A stretch of 64,000 nucleotides of DNA from Burkholderiales bacterium (GTDB lineage: Bacteria > Pseudomonadota > Gammaproteobacteria > Burkholderiales > Rhodocyclaceae), in the NCBI GenBank assembly GCA_038316625.1, contig JBBQAT010000001.1, forward strand, positions 6,987 to 70,986, read 5' to 3'. The first letter of the stretch is position 1; each line of letters opens with the position of its first letter. This document shows positions 1-9,855 of this stretch, one piece after another. A model generated the notes under the pieces. The model saw only the letters and a list, made by a program, of their open reading frames with translations. It searched no databases and was not told where the DNA came from. A program made the position numbers and the translations under genes.

Positions 1-382
1 GGCCGTCAATAACATGCAGGCCGCCGCCAGTTTCGTTCGGGAATGCAAGGAAATGGGCATTCAGTTTGCACTCGATGACTTTGGCACGGGTACCAGTTCG
101 TTCGGCTATCTGAGAAATCTGCCCGTCGACTACCTCAAGATAGATGGCGGTTTTGTCAGAAACATCGAAACCGATACGGTCGATCTGGCGATGACGGAAA
201 CCATCAATCGCATCGGGCACATCATGGACAAACGGGTCGTCGCCGAATTTGCCGAAAACGAGGCAATTATCGAAGCGCTGCGTGCCATGGGCGTTGATTT
301 TGCACAAGGTTATGGCGTCTGTATGCCCACTCCGCTCCTGACGGCGAACGTGGTGGCCCGCCCGAAACAGTCGGCTGTTTGA
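1..382 (+). CDS. EAL-domain c-di-GMP phosphodiesterase, C-terminal part (5' end outside window)
   Basis: EAL motifs DDFGTG, YLKIDG, VVAEFAE and QGY; frame is open from the window edge. Confidence 0.9.
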   Translation, partial: AVNNMQAAASFVRECKEMGIQFALDDFGTGTSSFGYLRNLPVDYLKIDGGFVRNIETDTVDLAMTETINRIGHIMDKRVVAEFAENEAIIEALRAMGVDFAQGYGVCMPTPLLTANVVARPKQSAV

Positions 383-439
383 CGGTGACCCGTGCATCAA
401 CCGGTCTTCAAGGCCTCGCTACCGGTATAATTCCCCACC

Positions 440-1849
440 GTGGAACCTACCCAGATACCCTATCCTCAGCCTTCCGGTCTTGCTTCGGCGTGGCAGCGCT
501 GGCGCACCCGCGCCTCGGGTGAACCGGTACTGGCTGACTTGCCTTGCATTCCCGTTGCGGCCGAACACGTCAAGACGCTGACCAGCCCGGAAAGCTATCG
601 CGAAACGCTGCTGGCGCTGATCGCCCAGGCCAGGCAACGTATCCTGATCGCCACGCTCTACCTGCAGGATGATGACGCGGGTCGGGAAGTGCTTTCAGCC
701 CTTTACGCCGCCAAGCAGGCACGGCCGCAACTGGAGATTGCAGTGTTTGTCGATTGGCATCGCGCCCAACGCGGCTTGATCGGAAAAACCAAATCCGCCG
801 GGAATGCCGCCCTCTACCGGGAGATGGCACAGCGTCTCGGTCCGGGGGTCGATCTCTACGGCGTGCCGGTTCAGCGCCGGGAGTTCATGGGGGTGATGCA
901 TCTCAAGGGATTCGTCATCGACAACAGCGTGCTCTACAGCGGTGCCAGCCTCAACGACGTTTATCTGCAGCGGCACGAGCGCTATCGCCTTGACCGCTAC
1001 CATCTGATTCAGAGCAAAACGCTGGCCGACAGTCTGGCGACTCTGCTCAATGGGCTAATCCGCAGCAGCGCAGCCGTACATCCTCTAGACACCGACAAGG
1101 CACCAAAGACGATTGAAATCCGCCCGGCCATCGCCCGTTTCCGTCGGGCGCTGGCCAAGGCCCGCTATTACTTCGAGGATGGAGTGCTCCAGGCGGGCGA
1201 TGTCGGTATTACGCCCTTGCTCGGCATTGGTGCACGCGGCAACGAACTCAATGCCACGATCCTGCAAATGATTCGTCACGCCAGGCAGCGCATCGTCCTG
1301 TTTACGCCCTACTTCAATCTTCCCGGCCCGATCCACCGAACGCTCATTGCCAAAATCAAGGCCGGATGCCGGGTGACCGTGGTCATCGGCGACAAGACAG
1401 CCAACGATTTTTACATTCCGCTCGATGAGCCGTTCAAGGCCATCGGTGCGCTTCCCTACCTCTACGAAGCCAACCTGCGCCGCTTTTGCAAGGCGCACCA
1501 GAGGGCCATCGACTCTGGCATGCTTAACGTCCATCTCTGGCGGCACGACGACAACACCTTCCACCTCAAGGGTTTGCTGATCGATGATGATTACGCCCTG
1601 CTGACCGGCAACAACATCAACCCGCGTGCCTGGCGTCTCGATCTGGAAAACGGGCTGATGATTCACGACCCGAATAAACTGCTGCTTGAACAGCATCAGG
1701 CGGAACTGGAAAGAATCCTGATCCATAGTCGGCGGTTATCTACCCACGGCCAACTCGACGCCGTCGAAACCTACCCGGCACCGGTGCAGCGGTTGATGAA
1801 GCGGCTGGCGCGGGTCCGCGCGGATCGCCTGGTCAATCAGATGCTTTGA
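440..1849 (+). CDS. pssA: CDP-diacylglycerol--serine O-phosphatidyltransferase, phospholipase D (type I) family
   Basis: Two HxKxxxxD motifs (HLKGFVID, HLKGLLID); VDWHRAQRGLIG, GDKTANDFYIP and RLDLENG resemble E. coli-type PssA. Confidence 0.88.
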   Translation: MEPTQIPYPQPSGLASAWQRWRTRASGEPVLADLPCIPVAAEHVKTLTSPESYRETLLALIAQARQRILIATLYLQDDDAGREVLSALYAAKQARPQLEIAVFVDWHRAQRGLIGKTKSAGNAALYREMAQRLGPGVDLYGVPVQRREFMGVMHLKGFVIDNSVLYSGASLNDVYLQRHERYRLDRYHLIQSKTLADSLATLLNGLIRSSAAVHPLDTDKAPKTIEIRPAIARFRRALAKARYYFEDGVLQAGDVGITPLLGIGARGNELNATILQMIRHARQRIVLFTPYFNLPGPIHRTLIAKIKAGCRVTVVIGDKTANDFYIPLDEPFKAIGALPYLYEANLRRFCKAHQRAIDSGMLNVHLWRHDDNTFHLKGLLIDDDYALLTGNNINPRAWRLDLENGLMIHDPNKLLLEQHQAELERILIHSRRLSTHGQLDAVETYPAPVQRLMKRLARVRADRLVNQML

Positions 1850-1882
1850 TGATAGTCCGGCTGGCCGTCGCGGCTTGCCTGC

Positions 1883-3484
1883 TTAACACACCTCGAAACT
1901 GATCCGCTCAAAATCCGGCCCATCATCGAGTATGTGTACCAGCTTGATCTGCCACGTGCCGTCTGTGAATAACTCAATGGTGCGACCGGAACGGAACCAG
2001 CCCGGAGGTAGCACGATCGATTGTTCGGAGTTCACCGCCGGGATGGCCGGCAGTAAAAACGCACGATGGAATTTGCCGCTTGGCTCGCCTGTATTCTCAA
2101 GCGGTCGCGCACCAGCGCCAATCGGCATGCCTGGCAGTGCCTCAATTCCGGCAATCAAGCCGCCGCCCTTTTCCTGCATAAGCCAAGTGGCTTTCGCCAA
2201 AAGAAACCGTTCTCCATCATGAGGGCAGAGTGCGAGCAGCTGGCCGTGTTCCATTTTCTTGCCGGAGATGCTGCGAACGAGACGAAATCCGTTGGCTGAC
2301 TGGTTGACCACCTCCCAGTGGTCGACACCGTACGAAAGCTGTTCTTGCCGCAGATGAAGCTCCTGTGTAGGGTCTCCCTGATGTCGGAAGGTAAACAGGC
2401 TCTCGAACTCGCGTCGGGAGTAGGTGCGAACGTTCTCCGGTTGTTCAAACTCCTTGCCGGAAACAAAATAGTGCATCGCTTCAAACCCGGTGCACAGCTG
2501 GGTACTTCCAGACGTGGCATGGCGCCTGAATTTTCTCGGCGCGCGTGCCTGTGACCACGGACGGGAAAGATGCTCAAGCAGGCGGCTGCATTGACGGGCG
2601 GTACAGTGATCGCCAAGGCCAAGCTGCGAAGGCGGTATCCTTTGCTTTATCTGGTGCCTCGCCTGGCTGACCTGCATCGCCAGTCGCGAGGTGTCCAGGC
2701 GACGAAGATGCTCGGTTTGAAGGCAGTCGGCGATAGGCCGCAAGGCAATATCCTGCATCAGGTCGACAACGAACTGCGGCATGGCTTGCGCTGGTTCGAC
2801 CTTGCTCAGGTCAACCAGCGGTGCCCAGTAGCTGGCCCAGCGACGGACTAGTATCTGGTCGCGAACTGAAAGGCCGTAGCAACTGGCCATTTCACAAAGC
2901 AATACGCTGATATAGGCTGCTGTACAGTGAGTGCTGCGCCCCAGTGGGTCAAGGGCGTCAGGAACGTTTAGCGTGGCGACGCCCCATTCTTCGGCGCTGC
3001 CGTAGAAACCATGAAGATCGAGCCACAAGCCCCAGGGAAGTTCGCGGCGCGCACGCTGGTGTTCGACGATGGCCATGCCGGTGTGCTGGATGCAGCGGTG
3101 CAGGATCAACGCCACCCGCTGAGCATGGTTGGGATCATCGTCTTCCGCCGAGTCATTTTCAGCGCAATGGGCGTAGGCTTTGGCCGTTTTCAGCCAGAGT
3201 GCGACAACGCGCTGGAATATTCCCTCTTCGACATCTGCCAGCGGAAGGGGTTTATTCAGGTAGCGCTTGGTCAACTCTTCGGCGACAAATGCGATGGGCA
3301 GGCGGGCGTGTTCAAGCAGCAGGAAATACGTTTCCCCGTTCGGTGGTGCGGCTAGCAGACTGTCGAGAAAGCGACTGAGATCAATTTCTGCCTGCTGGGG
3401 GTTGGCCAGCGACAGGCGGGAAATGATCTCGCACCCGGCCTGCAAGTCGGGAATCGCAATAAGGGTTGGGAAGAGGGAATTCAT
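1883..3484 (-). CDS. FimW-like protein with atypical PilZ motifs (putative c-di-GMP receptor), paralog 1
   Basis: Start taken at ATG 3484 (MNSLFPT), overlapping the HIT stop as ATGA; helical N-terminus LSLANP..LLEHAR; RxxxR (RKFRR) and NxSxxG (NQSANG). Confidence 0.65.
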   Translation of the reverse strand: MNSLFPTLIAIPDLQAGCEIISRLSLANPQQAEIDLSRFLDSLLAAPPNGETYFLLLEHARLPIAFVAEELTKRYLNKPLPLADVEEGIFQRVVALWLKTAKAYAHCAENDSAEDDDPNHAQRVALILHRCIQHTGMAIVEHQRARRELPWGLWLDLHGFYGSAEEWGVATLNVPDALDPLGRSTHCTAAYISVLLCEMASCYGLSVRDQILVRRWASYWAPLVDLSKVEPAQAMPQFVVDLMQDIALRPIADCLQTEHLRRLDTSRLAMQVSQARHQIKQRIPPSQLGLGDHCTARQCSRLLEHLSRPWSQARAPRKFRRHATSGSTQLCTGFEAMHYFVSGKEFEQPENVRTYSRREFESLFTFRHQGDPTQELHLRQEQLSYGVDHWEVVNQSANGFRLVRSISGKKMEHGQLLALCPHDGERFLLAKATWLMQEKGGGLIAGIEALPGMPIGAGARPLENTGEPSGKFHRAFLLPAIPAVNSEQSIVLPPGWFRSGRTIELFTDGTWQIKLVHILDDGPDFERISFEVC

Positions 3485-3930
3485 GGCGAGAATTGGGTCG
3501 ATGCGAGTGATTTGACCAGTTCCACCTTGAGTCGGATTAGGTCGATGGTGGCAGGAAGAGAGGGCTCGTCCCGTTGCGCCAGGCCCCATATCGGGTTCGG
3601 GAAGCTGCGGTCTTCGCGCCAGCGAGGAATGATGTGCCAATGCACGTGTGGCGTCATGTTGCCGAGGCTGGCCAGGTTGATCTTTTCCGGGTTGAGTACG
3701 CGGCGCACGGTAGCCTCGACGGCAAGGACGATGCGCATCAGTTCGTGCTGTTCATTTTCCGGCAGGTCGGTCATTTCCCGTTCGTGGCGGTTCAGAATGA
3801 CGCGGCAGAATCCCGGGTAATCCGGGTCGGCTATGCTGACGACGCGGCAGAGCGCATTTTCCCAGACCCGTTCTCCACCGGGTGATGTGCAAAGTTCGCA
3901 GGTTTCGAGTGATTCGGATGGTTCGGCCAT
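3481..3930 (-). CDS. HIT family nucleotide hydrolase
   Basis: Histidine triad PHVHWHII; N-terminal CELC; KINLASLGN; ATG 3930 follows AAGGAG. Confidence 0.9.
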   Translation of the reverse strand: MAEPSESLETCELCTSPGGERVWENALCRVVSIADPDYPGFCRVILNRHEREMTDLPENEQHELMRIVLAVEATVRRVLNPEKINLASLGNMTPHVHWHIIPRWREDRSFPNPIWGLAQRDEPSLPATIDLIRLKVELVKSLASTQFSP

Positions 3931-4076
3931 GCTTGGCTCCTTGAAAGAAATCGATTCCGTATGGCTGAAGGAATCCATCTACCACCAAAGTAATAGTGTG
4001 GCCATCGAGTGGCAAGGAACTATTTCACGCAAAGACCGTTTGCGTCAGATGGGACGGGGTGTGGGACGACTCCCGT

Positions 4077-5684
4077 TCAGGGATGGGCCTCGGGTGGGAC
4101 AAAGCTGACCCGCTCGAAATCCGGCCCATCTTCAAGTACATGCATTAGCTCGACGCACCAGGCGGTATTGGCATAGATCTCGATGACTCGTCCCTTGCGA
4201 TACCAGCCTTGGGGTATCACCAGCGAGTGTTCGCTGCCGATCACTGGTACGGCCGGGAGCAGGAAGGCGCGACTGTACAGTTCGCTGTGTGTCCCGCCGC
4301 GAATGATCGGGCGTGCCAGGATGGCTTGCGGTATGCCGGGCAGCGCAGCTACCCCGGCAATCAGTCCGCCACCGCGTTCCTGCATCAGCCAGGTTGTCTG
4401 GGCCAGGATGAATACACTGCTGTCGTTCGGGCAGGTGGCGAGCAGCTGTCCGTGCGTCATTTTTTTGCCGGCGATACTGCGCATCAGGCGAAAACCGTTG
4501 GCCGACTCATTGACCACTTCCCATTGATCGACCGAGAAATCGGGCTGGTCCGTGTATATATGCAACTGCTGGCTTGGCTCGATCATGTTGCGGAAAGCGA
4601 ACAGGCGCTCGTATTCCTCCCTTGAGTAGTTGCGAGCTTCCTCCGGCTGCACGAACTCCTTGCCCGAAATGCAGAAATACATCGCTTCAAAACCGGTATT
4701 CACCTTGGAAATGCCGGAGGTGGCATGGCGGCGAAACTTGCGCGGAGCACGCGTCTGCAGCCACGGATTGGCCAGATGCTCAAGCAGGCGCCGACACTGG
4801 CCCGCGGTACAGGTTTCGCCCAGTCCGATTTGTGCCGGAGAGACCTTTTGCCGCAGTTGCTGGCGTACGTTGTTTATTTGCATGGCCAGGCGCGACGTGT
4901 CGATGCGCCGCAGTTGCTCAGTTTGAAGGCAGTCGGCGGTGGCCCGCAGACCGGCATCGTGACCAAGGTCGACGACATACGTCGGCAAGGGTTCGCCCGG
5001 TACGGCAGCGTGCAGACTGACTAGCGGCGACCAGTTGCTGGCCCAGATTCGAACCAGATTCTGATTGCGGATCGATAGGCTGTAAGGACTCGCCAGCTCT
5101 GAAAGCAGGAGACTGAGATAGGCGGCGGAGCAGTTTGTACTGCGCTCCAGCGGGTCGAGCGTATCCGTTACAGCTTCGGTCTCGATGCCGAGCTTCTCGG
5201 CCTGGGCGTAGTACGCATGCAGCTCAAGCCACAAACCCCGAGGCAATTCGCGGCGCGCGCGGTGATGCTCGATCAGTACCATGCCGAGGTAATAGATGCA
5301 GCGATGCACGGTGCGTGCTGAATCTGCGTTCGCCATCAGGCCCCCGAGTTGACCGCAGTGCGCGTAGGTGTTGGCGACCTTGCGCCAGGTGGCAATCACT
5401 CGCTGGAAGTAGTCTTCCTCAACTTCACCCAATGGCAGTGGCTTGTTGACGTAGTGCCGGGCGGACTCTTCCTGGACAAAGCAAAGTGACTCCCTGGCTT
5501 CTTCGAGCAGCTCAAGATAGATATCGCTCGGTGGCGGCGTGTGCTGCAGACGGTCAAAGAAATGACTGAGCTCAGTCTGTGCCTGTCGCGGATTGGCCAG
5601 CGGCAAGCATTCAAGAATCGCCTGTCCGGTTTGCAGGTCCGGGATGGACGGAGGACTGGTGGTCTGGGTAAACGCGGCGGGCAT
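4077..5684 (-). CDS. FimW-like protein with atypical PilZ motifs (putative c-di-GMP receptor), paralog 2
   Basis: Collinear with 1883..3484 along its whole length; LPLANP N-terminus; RKFRR and NESANG; GGAGG upstream. Confidence 0.65.
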   Translation of the reverse strand: MPAAFTQTTSPPSIPDLQTGQAILECLPLANPRQAQTELSHFFDRLQHTPPPSDIYLELLEEARESLCFVQEESARHYVNKPLPLGEVEEDYFQRVIATWRKVANTYAHCGQLGGLMANADSARTVHRCIYYLGMVLIEHHRARRELPRGLWLELHAYYAQAEKLGIETEAVTDTLDPLERSTNCSAAYLSLLLSELASPYSLSIRNQNLVRIWASNWSPLVSLHAAVPGEPLPTYVVDLGHDAGLRATADCLQTEQLRRIDTSRLAMQINNVRQQLRQKVSPAQIGLGETCTAGQCRRLLEHLANPWLQTRAPRKFRRHATSGISKVNTGFEAMYFCISGKEFVQPEEARNYSREEYERLFAFRNMIEPSQQLHIYTDQPDFSVDQWEVVNESANGFRLMRSIAGKKMTHGQLLATCPNDSSVFILAQTTWLMQERGGGLIAGVAALPGIPQAILARPIIRGGTHSELYSRAFLLPAVPVIGSEHSLVIPQGWYRKGRVIEIYANTAWCVELMHVLEDGPDFERVSFVPPEAHP

Positions 5685-5792
5685 GTTCCTGCCTCCTGCT
5701 ATCCTATGTCAGCGTATTGTGCGCTACTTGAACGCAAACCAGAAGTCTAGTTGACGCTTTTGGCGCGTTAACAGGAACCGGGTGCTCAGCGT

Positions 5793-8700
5793 CTAAAGCA
5801 GTACGCGTTCGATGCCCCCGTTGTTGGCCTTGCTAACGTAGTTGGCCATCCAGTTTTCGCCGAGCAGGTGTCGCGCCATCTCGACAACGATGTAATCCGC
5901 CTGGGTACCCCCGTCGTTGTTGTAGCGCGACAGGCCCTGCAAGCAAGAAGGGCACGAGGTCAGGACCTTGAGTTCGCCGGAAAATCCGTCGGCGCGCAGG
6001 TTGCGCGCACCTTTTTCGATTTCCTCCTGCTTGCGGAAGCGAACCTGGGTCGATACGTCCGGGCGGGTCACGGCGAGCGTCCCCGATTCACCGCAGCAGC
6101 GATCAGAGAGATCGACCGGTTGTCCCATGAGGGCGTTGACGACCTTGATGCCGGACATCGTTTTCATCGGTGCGTGACAGGGCTCGTGGTACATGTAGCG
6201 CGTTCCTTGCACGCCGTCGAGTTTGACGCCTTTCTCCAGCAGGTACTCATGAATGTCGAGTAGCCGGCAGCCGGGGAAAATCTTCTCGAACTGGTATTTT
6301 TCGAGCTGATCCATGCAGGTGCCGCAAGAGACGATCACCGTGTTGATGTCGAGGTAGTTCAACGTGTTGGCGACGCGGTGGAAGAGCACGCGGTTGTCGG
6401 TGGTGATCTTCTGGCCTTGATCGGATTCGCCGGCAGCGATCTGCGGGTAGCCGCAGCACAGGTAACCGGGCGGCAATACCGTCTGCGTGCCGATTTCATA
6501 AAGCATCGCCTGCGTGGCCAGGCCGACCTGCGAGAAGAGCCGTTCCGAGCCGCAGCCGGGGAAATAGAAGACGGCGTCGCCAGCGTAGTCGTCGCCATTG
6601 ACTTTTTTTGGATCGCGGATGACCGGGACGATTCGTTCGTCCTCGATATCGAGCAGGGCGCGCGCGGTGCGCTTGGGCAGACCGCCGGGCATCGGTTTGT
6701 TGATGAAGTGGATGATCTGCGAGCGAATTGTTGGAAAAAACAGTGTCGGCTGGCCGAGCGTCGCTGGCGGCTGCTTGACCTGGCGCTGGATCAGGCCGAA
6801 CGATTTGGCGATCTTGTGCGCCAGACGTTGTCCGGCGTAACCCCACTCGACCATGAACTTGCGTACCAGCCGGATCGTCGCCGGATCGGTCATGGTCAGG
6901 AAGGCCATCGCGGCGGCCTTGGCCGGAACGAATTTCTTTTTGCCCTGTTCGCGCAGGAAGTTGCGCATGCGGATCGAGACATCGCCGAAATCGATATCGA
7001 CCGGGCACGGATTGACGCACTTGTGGCAGATCGTGCAGTGGTCGGCGACGTCGTTGAATTCATCGAAATGCATCAGCGAAATGCCGCGCCGCGTCTGTTC
7101 TTCGTAAAGGAAGGCCTCGATCAGCAGCGAGGTGGCGAGGATCTTGTTGCGCGGCGAGTAGAGCAGGTTGGCGCGCGGAACGTGCGTCGAACACACCGGT
7201 TTGCACTTGCCGCAGCGCAGGCAGTCCTTGACCATCGTCGAGATGTCGCCAATCTCGGATTGCTCCATGATCAGCGATTCGGTGCCGAGCAGTGAGAACG
7301 ACGGCGTGTAGGCCTTCGCCAGATCGCCGCCGGCGAGCAGCTTGCCCTTGTTGAAGCGGCCTTCGGGGTCGATCCTTTGCTTGTAGGCCCGGAAGGGTGC
7401 GATTTCCTCTTCGGTCAGGAATTCCAGCTTGGTGATGCCGATGCCGTGTTCGCCGGAGATGACGCCGTCGAGCGAACGCGCCAGCGCCATGATGCGCACC
7501 ACCGCCGCGTTGGCGGTTTGCAGCATCGCGTAGTTGTCCGAGTTGACCGGGATGTTGGTATGCACATTGCCGTCGCCGGCGTGCATGTGCAGGGCGACAA
7601 AGACGCGGCCGCGACGGTTCTCCTTCTGGATGGCGTCAATGCGTTCGAGCACCAGGCGGAAGACATTGCCGTCGAAAATGGCTTCAAGCTGCGGCTTGAG
7701 TTCGGACCGCCACGATACGCGGACCGAATAGTCTTGCAGACGGTGGAAGAGCTTCGGTTGGCCGGCCTTGTTGGTCAGCTTGCCGGGAGTGATCCCCAAG
7801 GTTTCGAAATGAGTTTCGGCCTCGCTCAAGGGCAGATCGAGCTGGTCCAGCAGCCACTGCCAGCGCGTGCGCACGGCGGCCACCGCGTCCAGCGCGGCCT
7901 GGCGCTGATCGCCGATCAGCAAGGAGTTGTCCAGATTGGCGTCACCGCGATGCAGCGGCAGCGTGCCATTCAGGAATTCGCTCAGGCTGTCGCACAGTGC
8001 CAGCTTGTTCTGGATCGACAGTTCGATGTTGATGCGTTCGATGCCGTCGCAGTAATCGCCCATGCGCGGCAGTGGAATGACCACGTCCTCGTTGAGCTTG
8101 AAGGCGTTGGTGTGGCGCGAAATGGCGGCGGTCCGTGAGCGGTCGAGCCAGAACTTCTTGCGCGTATCGGCATCGACGGCGATGAAACCCTCGGCCGAAC
8201 GCAGGTTGCACAGGCGTACGACGTCCGACGCGGCAAGCATCACGGCTTTTTCGTCGTGGCCGACGATGTCGCCGATCAGCACCATCTTCGGTCGGCCCGA
8301 GGTTTCCCCCTTACGCTTGGCCTTGGTGGCGTAGCCGATGGCGCGCACATAGCGTTCGTCGAGGTGTTCGAGGCCGGCCAGTAGCACGCCCGCCTGATGC
8401 CCGGCGCCGCCCGGCTTGAAGTAATCGGTGATCTCGACGATGGCCGGCACGGCTTCGCGCACCTGGCCGAAGAACTCTAGGCAGACGGTGCGCGTGTGCG
8501 GCGGCATCTTGTGCAGCACCCAGCGCGCGGCGACGATCAGGCCGTCGGTGCCTTCCTTCTGGATCGCCGGCAGGCCGGAAAGGAATTTGTCGGTCACGTC
8601 CTTGCCCAGCCCGTCCTTGCGGAAGCTGCGACCGGGAATTTCTAGGATTTCGGGCGCGCCTGAGGGTGTCTTGCCGTCCTTCTGGAAACGCTGGATCTCG

Positions 8701-9683
8701 AAGCGCGCGATCTCCTGATCGTGAATCTTGCCGAAGTTGTGGTTGATGCGCGTCACTTCCATGAAGTGACCATTGGTATCGACCATCTTCCACCACGCCA
8801 GATTGTCGAGCGCGGTTCCCCAAAGCACGGCCTTCTTGCCGCCGGCGTTCATGGCGATGTTGCCGCCGATGCACGAGGCGCTGGCTGAGGTCGGATCGAC
8901 GGCGAAAACGCGGCCGGCGGCGCTGGCCGCTTCGGATACGCGATCAGTGACCACTCCCGCACCTGTGCGGATGGTGGCGTAGGGCTGATCGCAGTCGGGC
9001 AGTAAGACCTCCTCGACCTGGCCGACGTCGATCAGCTTCTCGGTGTTGATGACCACCGACAGCGGTGTCAGCGGAACGGCGCTGCCGGTGTAGCCGGTGC
9101 CGCCGCCACGCGGGATGATGGTCAGGCCGAGTTCGATGCAGCCGCGCACCAGCGGCGACATTTCCTCTTCAGTGTCGGGATAGAGAACGACGAAGGGGTA
9201 TTCCACGCGCCAGTCGGTGGCGTCGGTGACGTGCGAAACGCGGGCCAGACCGTCGAAGGCGATATTGTCGCGGCGGGTGTGGCGGAGCAACGTTTTCAGC
9301 ACCCGTTTGCGCAGGGCGGTGGTGTCACCGAAATGGCGTTCAAAGGCATTGACGGCGGTTTGCGCCGCGTCGTACAGCTTGAGCACTCGGTCGTTTCCTT
9401 GCCGGCGCTTGTCGATTTCGTGCAGACGGTGGCGCAGCGCGGCGATCAGCGCCTCGCGCCGCTCGCGGTTGGCGAGCAGGTCGTCTTCCAGGTAGGGATT
9501 GCGCTGCACGACCCAGATGTCGCCGAGGACTTCGTAGAGCATCCGCGCCGAGCGGCCGGTAACCCGCTGGTGACGCAGCTCGTCGAGGATCGCCCAGTTT
9601 TCCGCACCGAGCAGGCGAATGACTATTTCGCGGTCGGAAAACGAGGTGTAGTTATAGGGGATTTCGCGCAGGCGTGCGTTCAT
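5793..9683 (-). CDS. FAD-linked oxidoreductase fused to 4Fe-4S and CCG domains (GlcD/GlcF-like; DUF3683/DUF3400-type)
   Basis: PRGGGTG FAD motif, [14 protein letters not shown], two CxxCxxCxxxCP-type motifs, CCG motifs. Confidence 0.88.
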   Translation of the reverse strand: MNARLREIPYNYTSFSDREIVIRLLGAENWAILDELRHQRVTGRSARMLYEVLGDIWVVQRNPYLEDDLLANRERREALIAALRHRLHEIDKRRQGNDRVLKLYDAAQTAVNAFERHFGDTTALRKRVLKTLLRHTRRDNIAFDGLARVSHVTDATDWRVEYPFVVLYPDTEEEMSPLVRGCIELGLTIIPRGGGTGYTGSAVPLTPLSVVINTEKLIDVGQVEEVLLPDCDQPYATIRTGAGVVTDRVSEAASAAGRVFAVDPTSASASCIGGNIAMNAGGKKAVLWGTALDNLAWWKMVDTNGHFMEVTRINHNFGKIHDQEIARFEIQRFQKDGKTPSGAPEILEIPGRSFRKDGLGKDVTDKFLSGLPAIQKEGTDGLIVAARWVLHKMPPHTRTVCLEFFGQVREAVPAIVEITDYFKPGGAGHQAGVLLAGLEHLDERYVRAIGYATKAKRKGETSGRPKMVLIGDIVGHDEKAVMLAASDVVRLCNLRSAEGFIAVDADTRKKFWLDRSRTAAISRHTNAFKLNEDVVIPLPRMGDYCDGIERINIELSIQNKLALCDSLSEFLNGTLPLHRGDANLDNSLLIGDQRQAALDAVAAVRTRWQWLLDQLDLPLSEAETHFETLGITPGKLTNKAGQPKLFHRLQDYSVRVSWRSELKPQLEAIFDGNVFRLVLERIDAIQKENRRGRVFVALHMHAGDGNVHTNIPVNSDNYAMLQTANAAVVRIMALARSLDGVISGEHGIGITKLEFLTEEEIAPFRAYKQRIDPEGRFNKGKLLAGGDLAKAYTPSFSLLGTESLIMEQSEIGDISTMVKDCLRCGKCKPVCSTHVPRANLLYSPRNKILATSLLIEAFLYEEQTRRGISLMHFDEFNDVADHCTICHKCVNPCPVDIDFGDVSIRMRNFLREQGKKKFVPAKAAAMAFLTMTDPATIRLVRKFMVEWGYAGQRLAHKIAKSFGLIQRQVKQPPATLGQPTLFFPTIRSQIIHFINKPMPGGLPKRTARALLDIEDERIVPVIRDPKKVNGDDYAGDAVFYFPGCGSERLFSQVGLATQAMLYEIGTQTVLPPGYLCCGYPQIAAGESDQGQKITTDNRVLFHRVANTLNYLDINTVIVSCGTCMDQLEKYQFEKIFPGCRLLDIHEYLLEKGVKLDGVQGTRYMYHEPCHAPMKTMSGIKVVNALMGQPVDLSDRCCGESGTLAVTRPDVSTQVRFRKQEEIEKGARNLRADGFSGELKVLTSCPSCLQGLSRYNNDGGTQADYIVVEMARHLLGENWMANYVSKANNGGIERVLL

Positions 9684-9719
9684 GGTCGTTCGGCAGCTTA
9701 TAAAGGCAGGATTTTACCG

Positions 9720-9734
9720 TATTGCAGTGCAGCA
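9720..9734. promoter_or_regulatory. Possible PhaR-type TGC-N3-GCA box upstream of the oxidoreductase
   Basis: Minus strand reads TGCTGCACTGCAATA about 37 bp upstream of the start codon. Confidence 0.3.
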
Positions 9735-9855
9735 CGTTCGTTGCGCGGGTTTGGTCCGGGTTTTGGCCTTTTTTAGCATAAGAACGCCACGACCCACTAT
9801 CCACGGGTGTTCTGAAGGTAGTATCCAGCGAAATTTGTAATGCGTTCGCATTAGT

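Noticed and set aside
3485-3640. N-terminal extension of ORF 1883..3640
   Set aside because: It overlaps the HIT gene, and similarity to the paralog begins only near ATG 3484
6378-8138. Long plus-strand ORFs of 305 and 253 aa
   Set aside because: Antisense shadows of a GC-rich coding gene; no motifs
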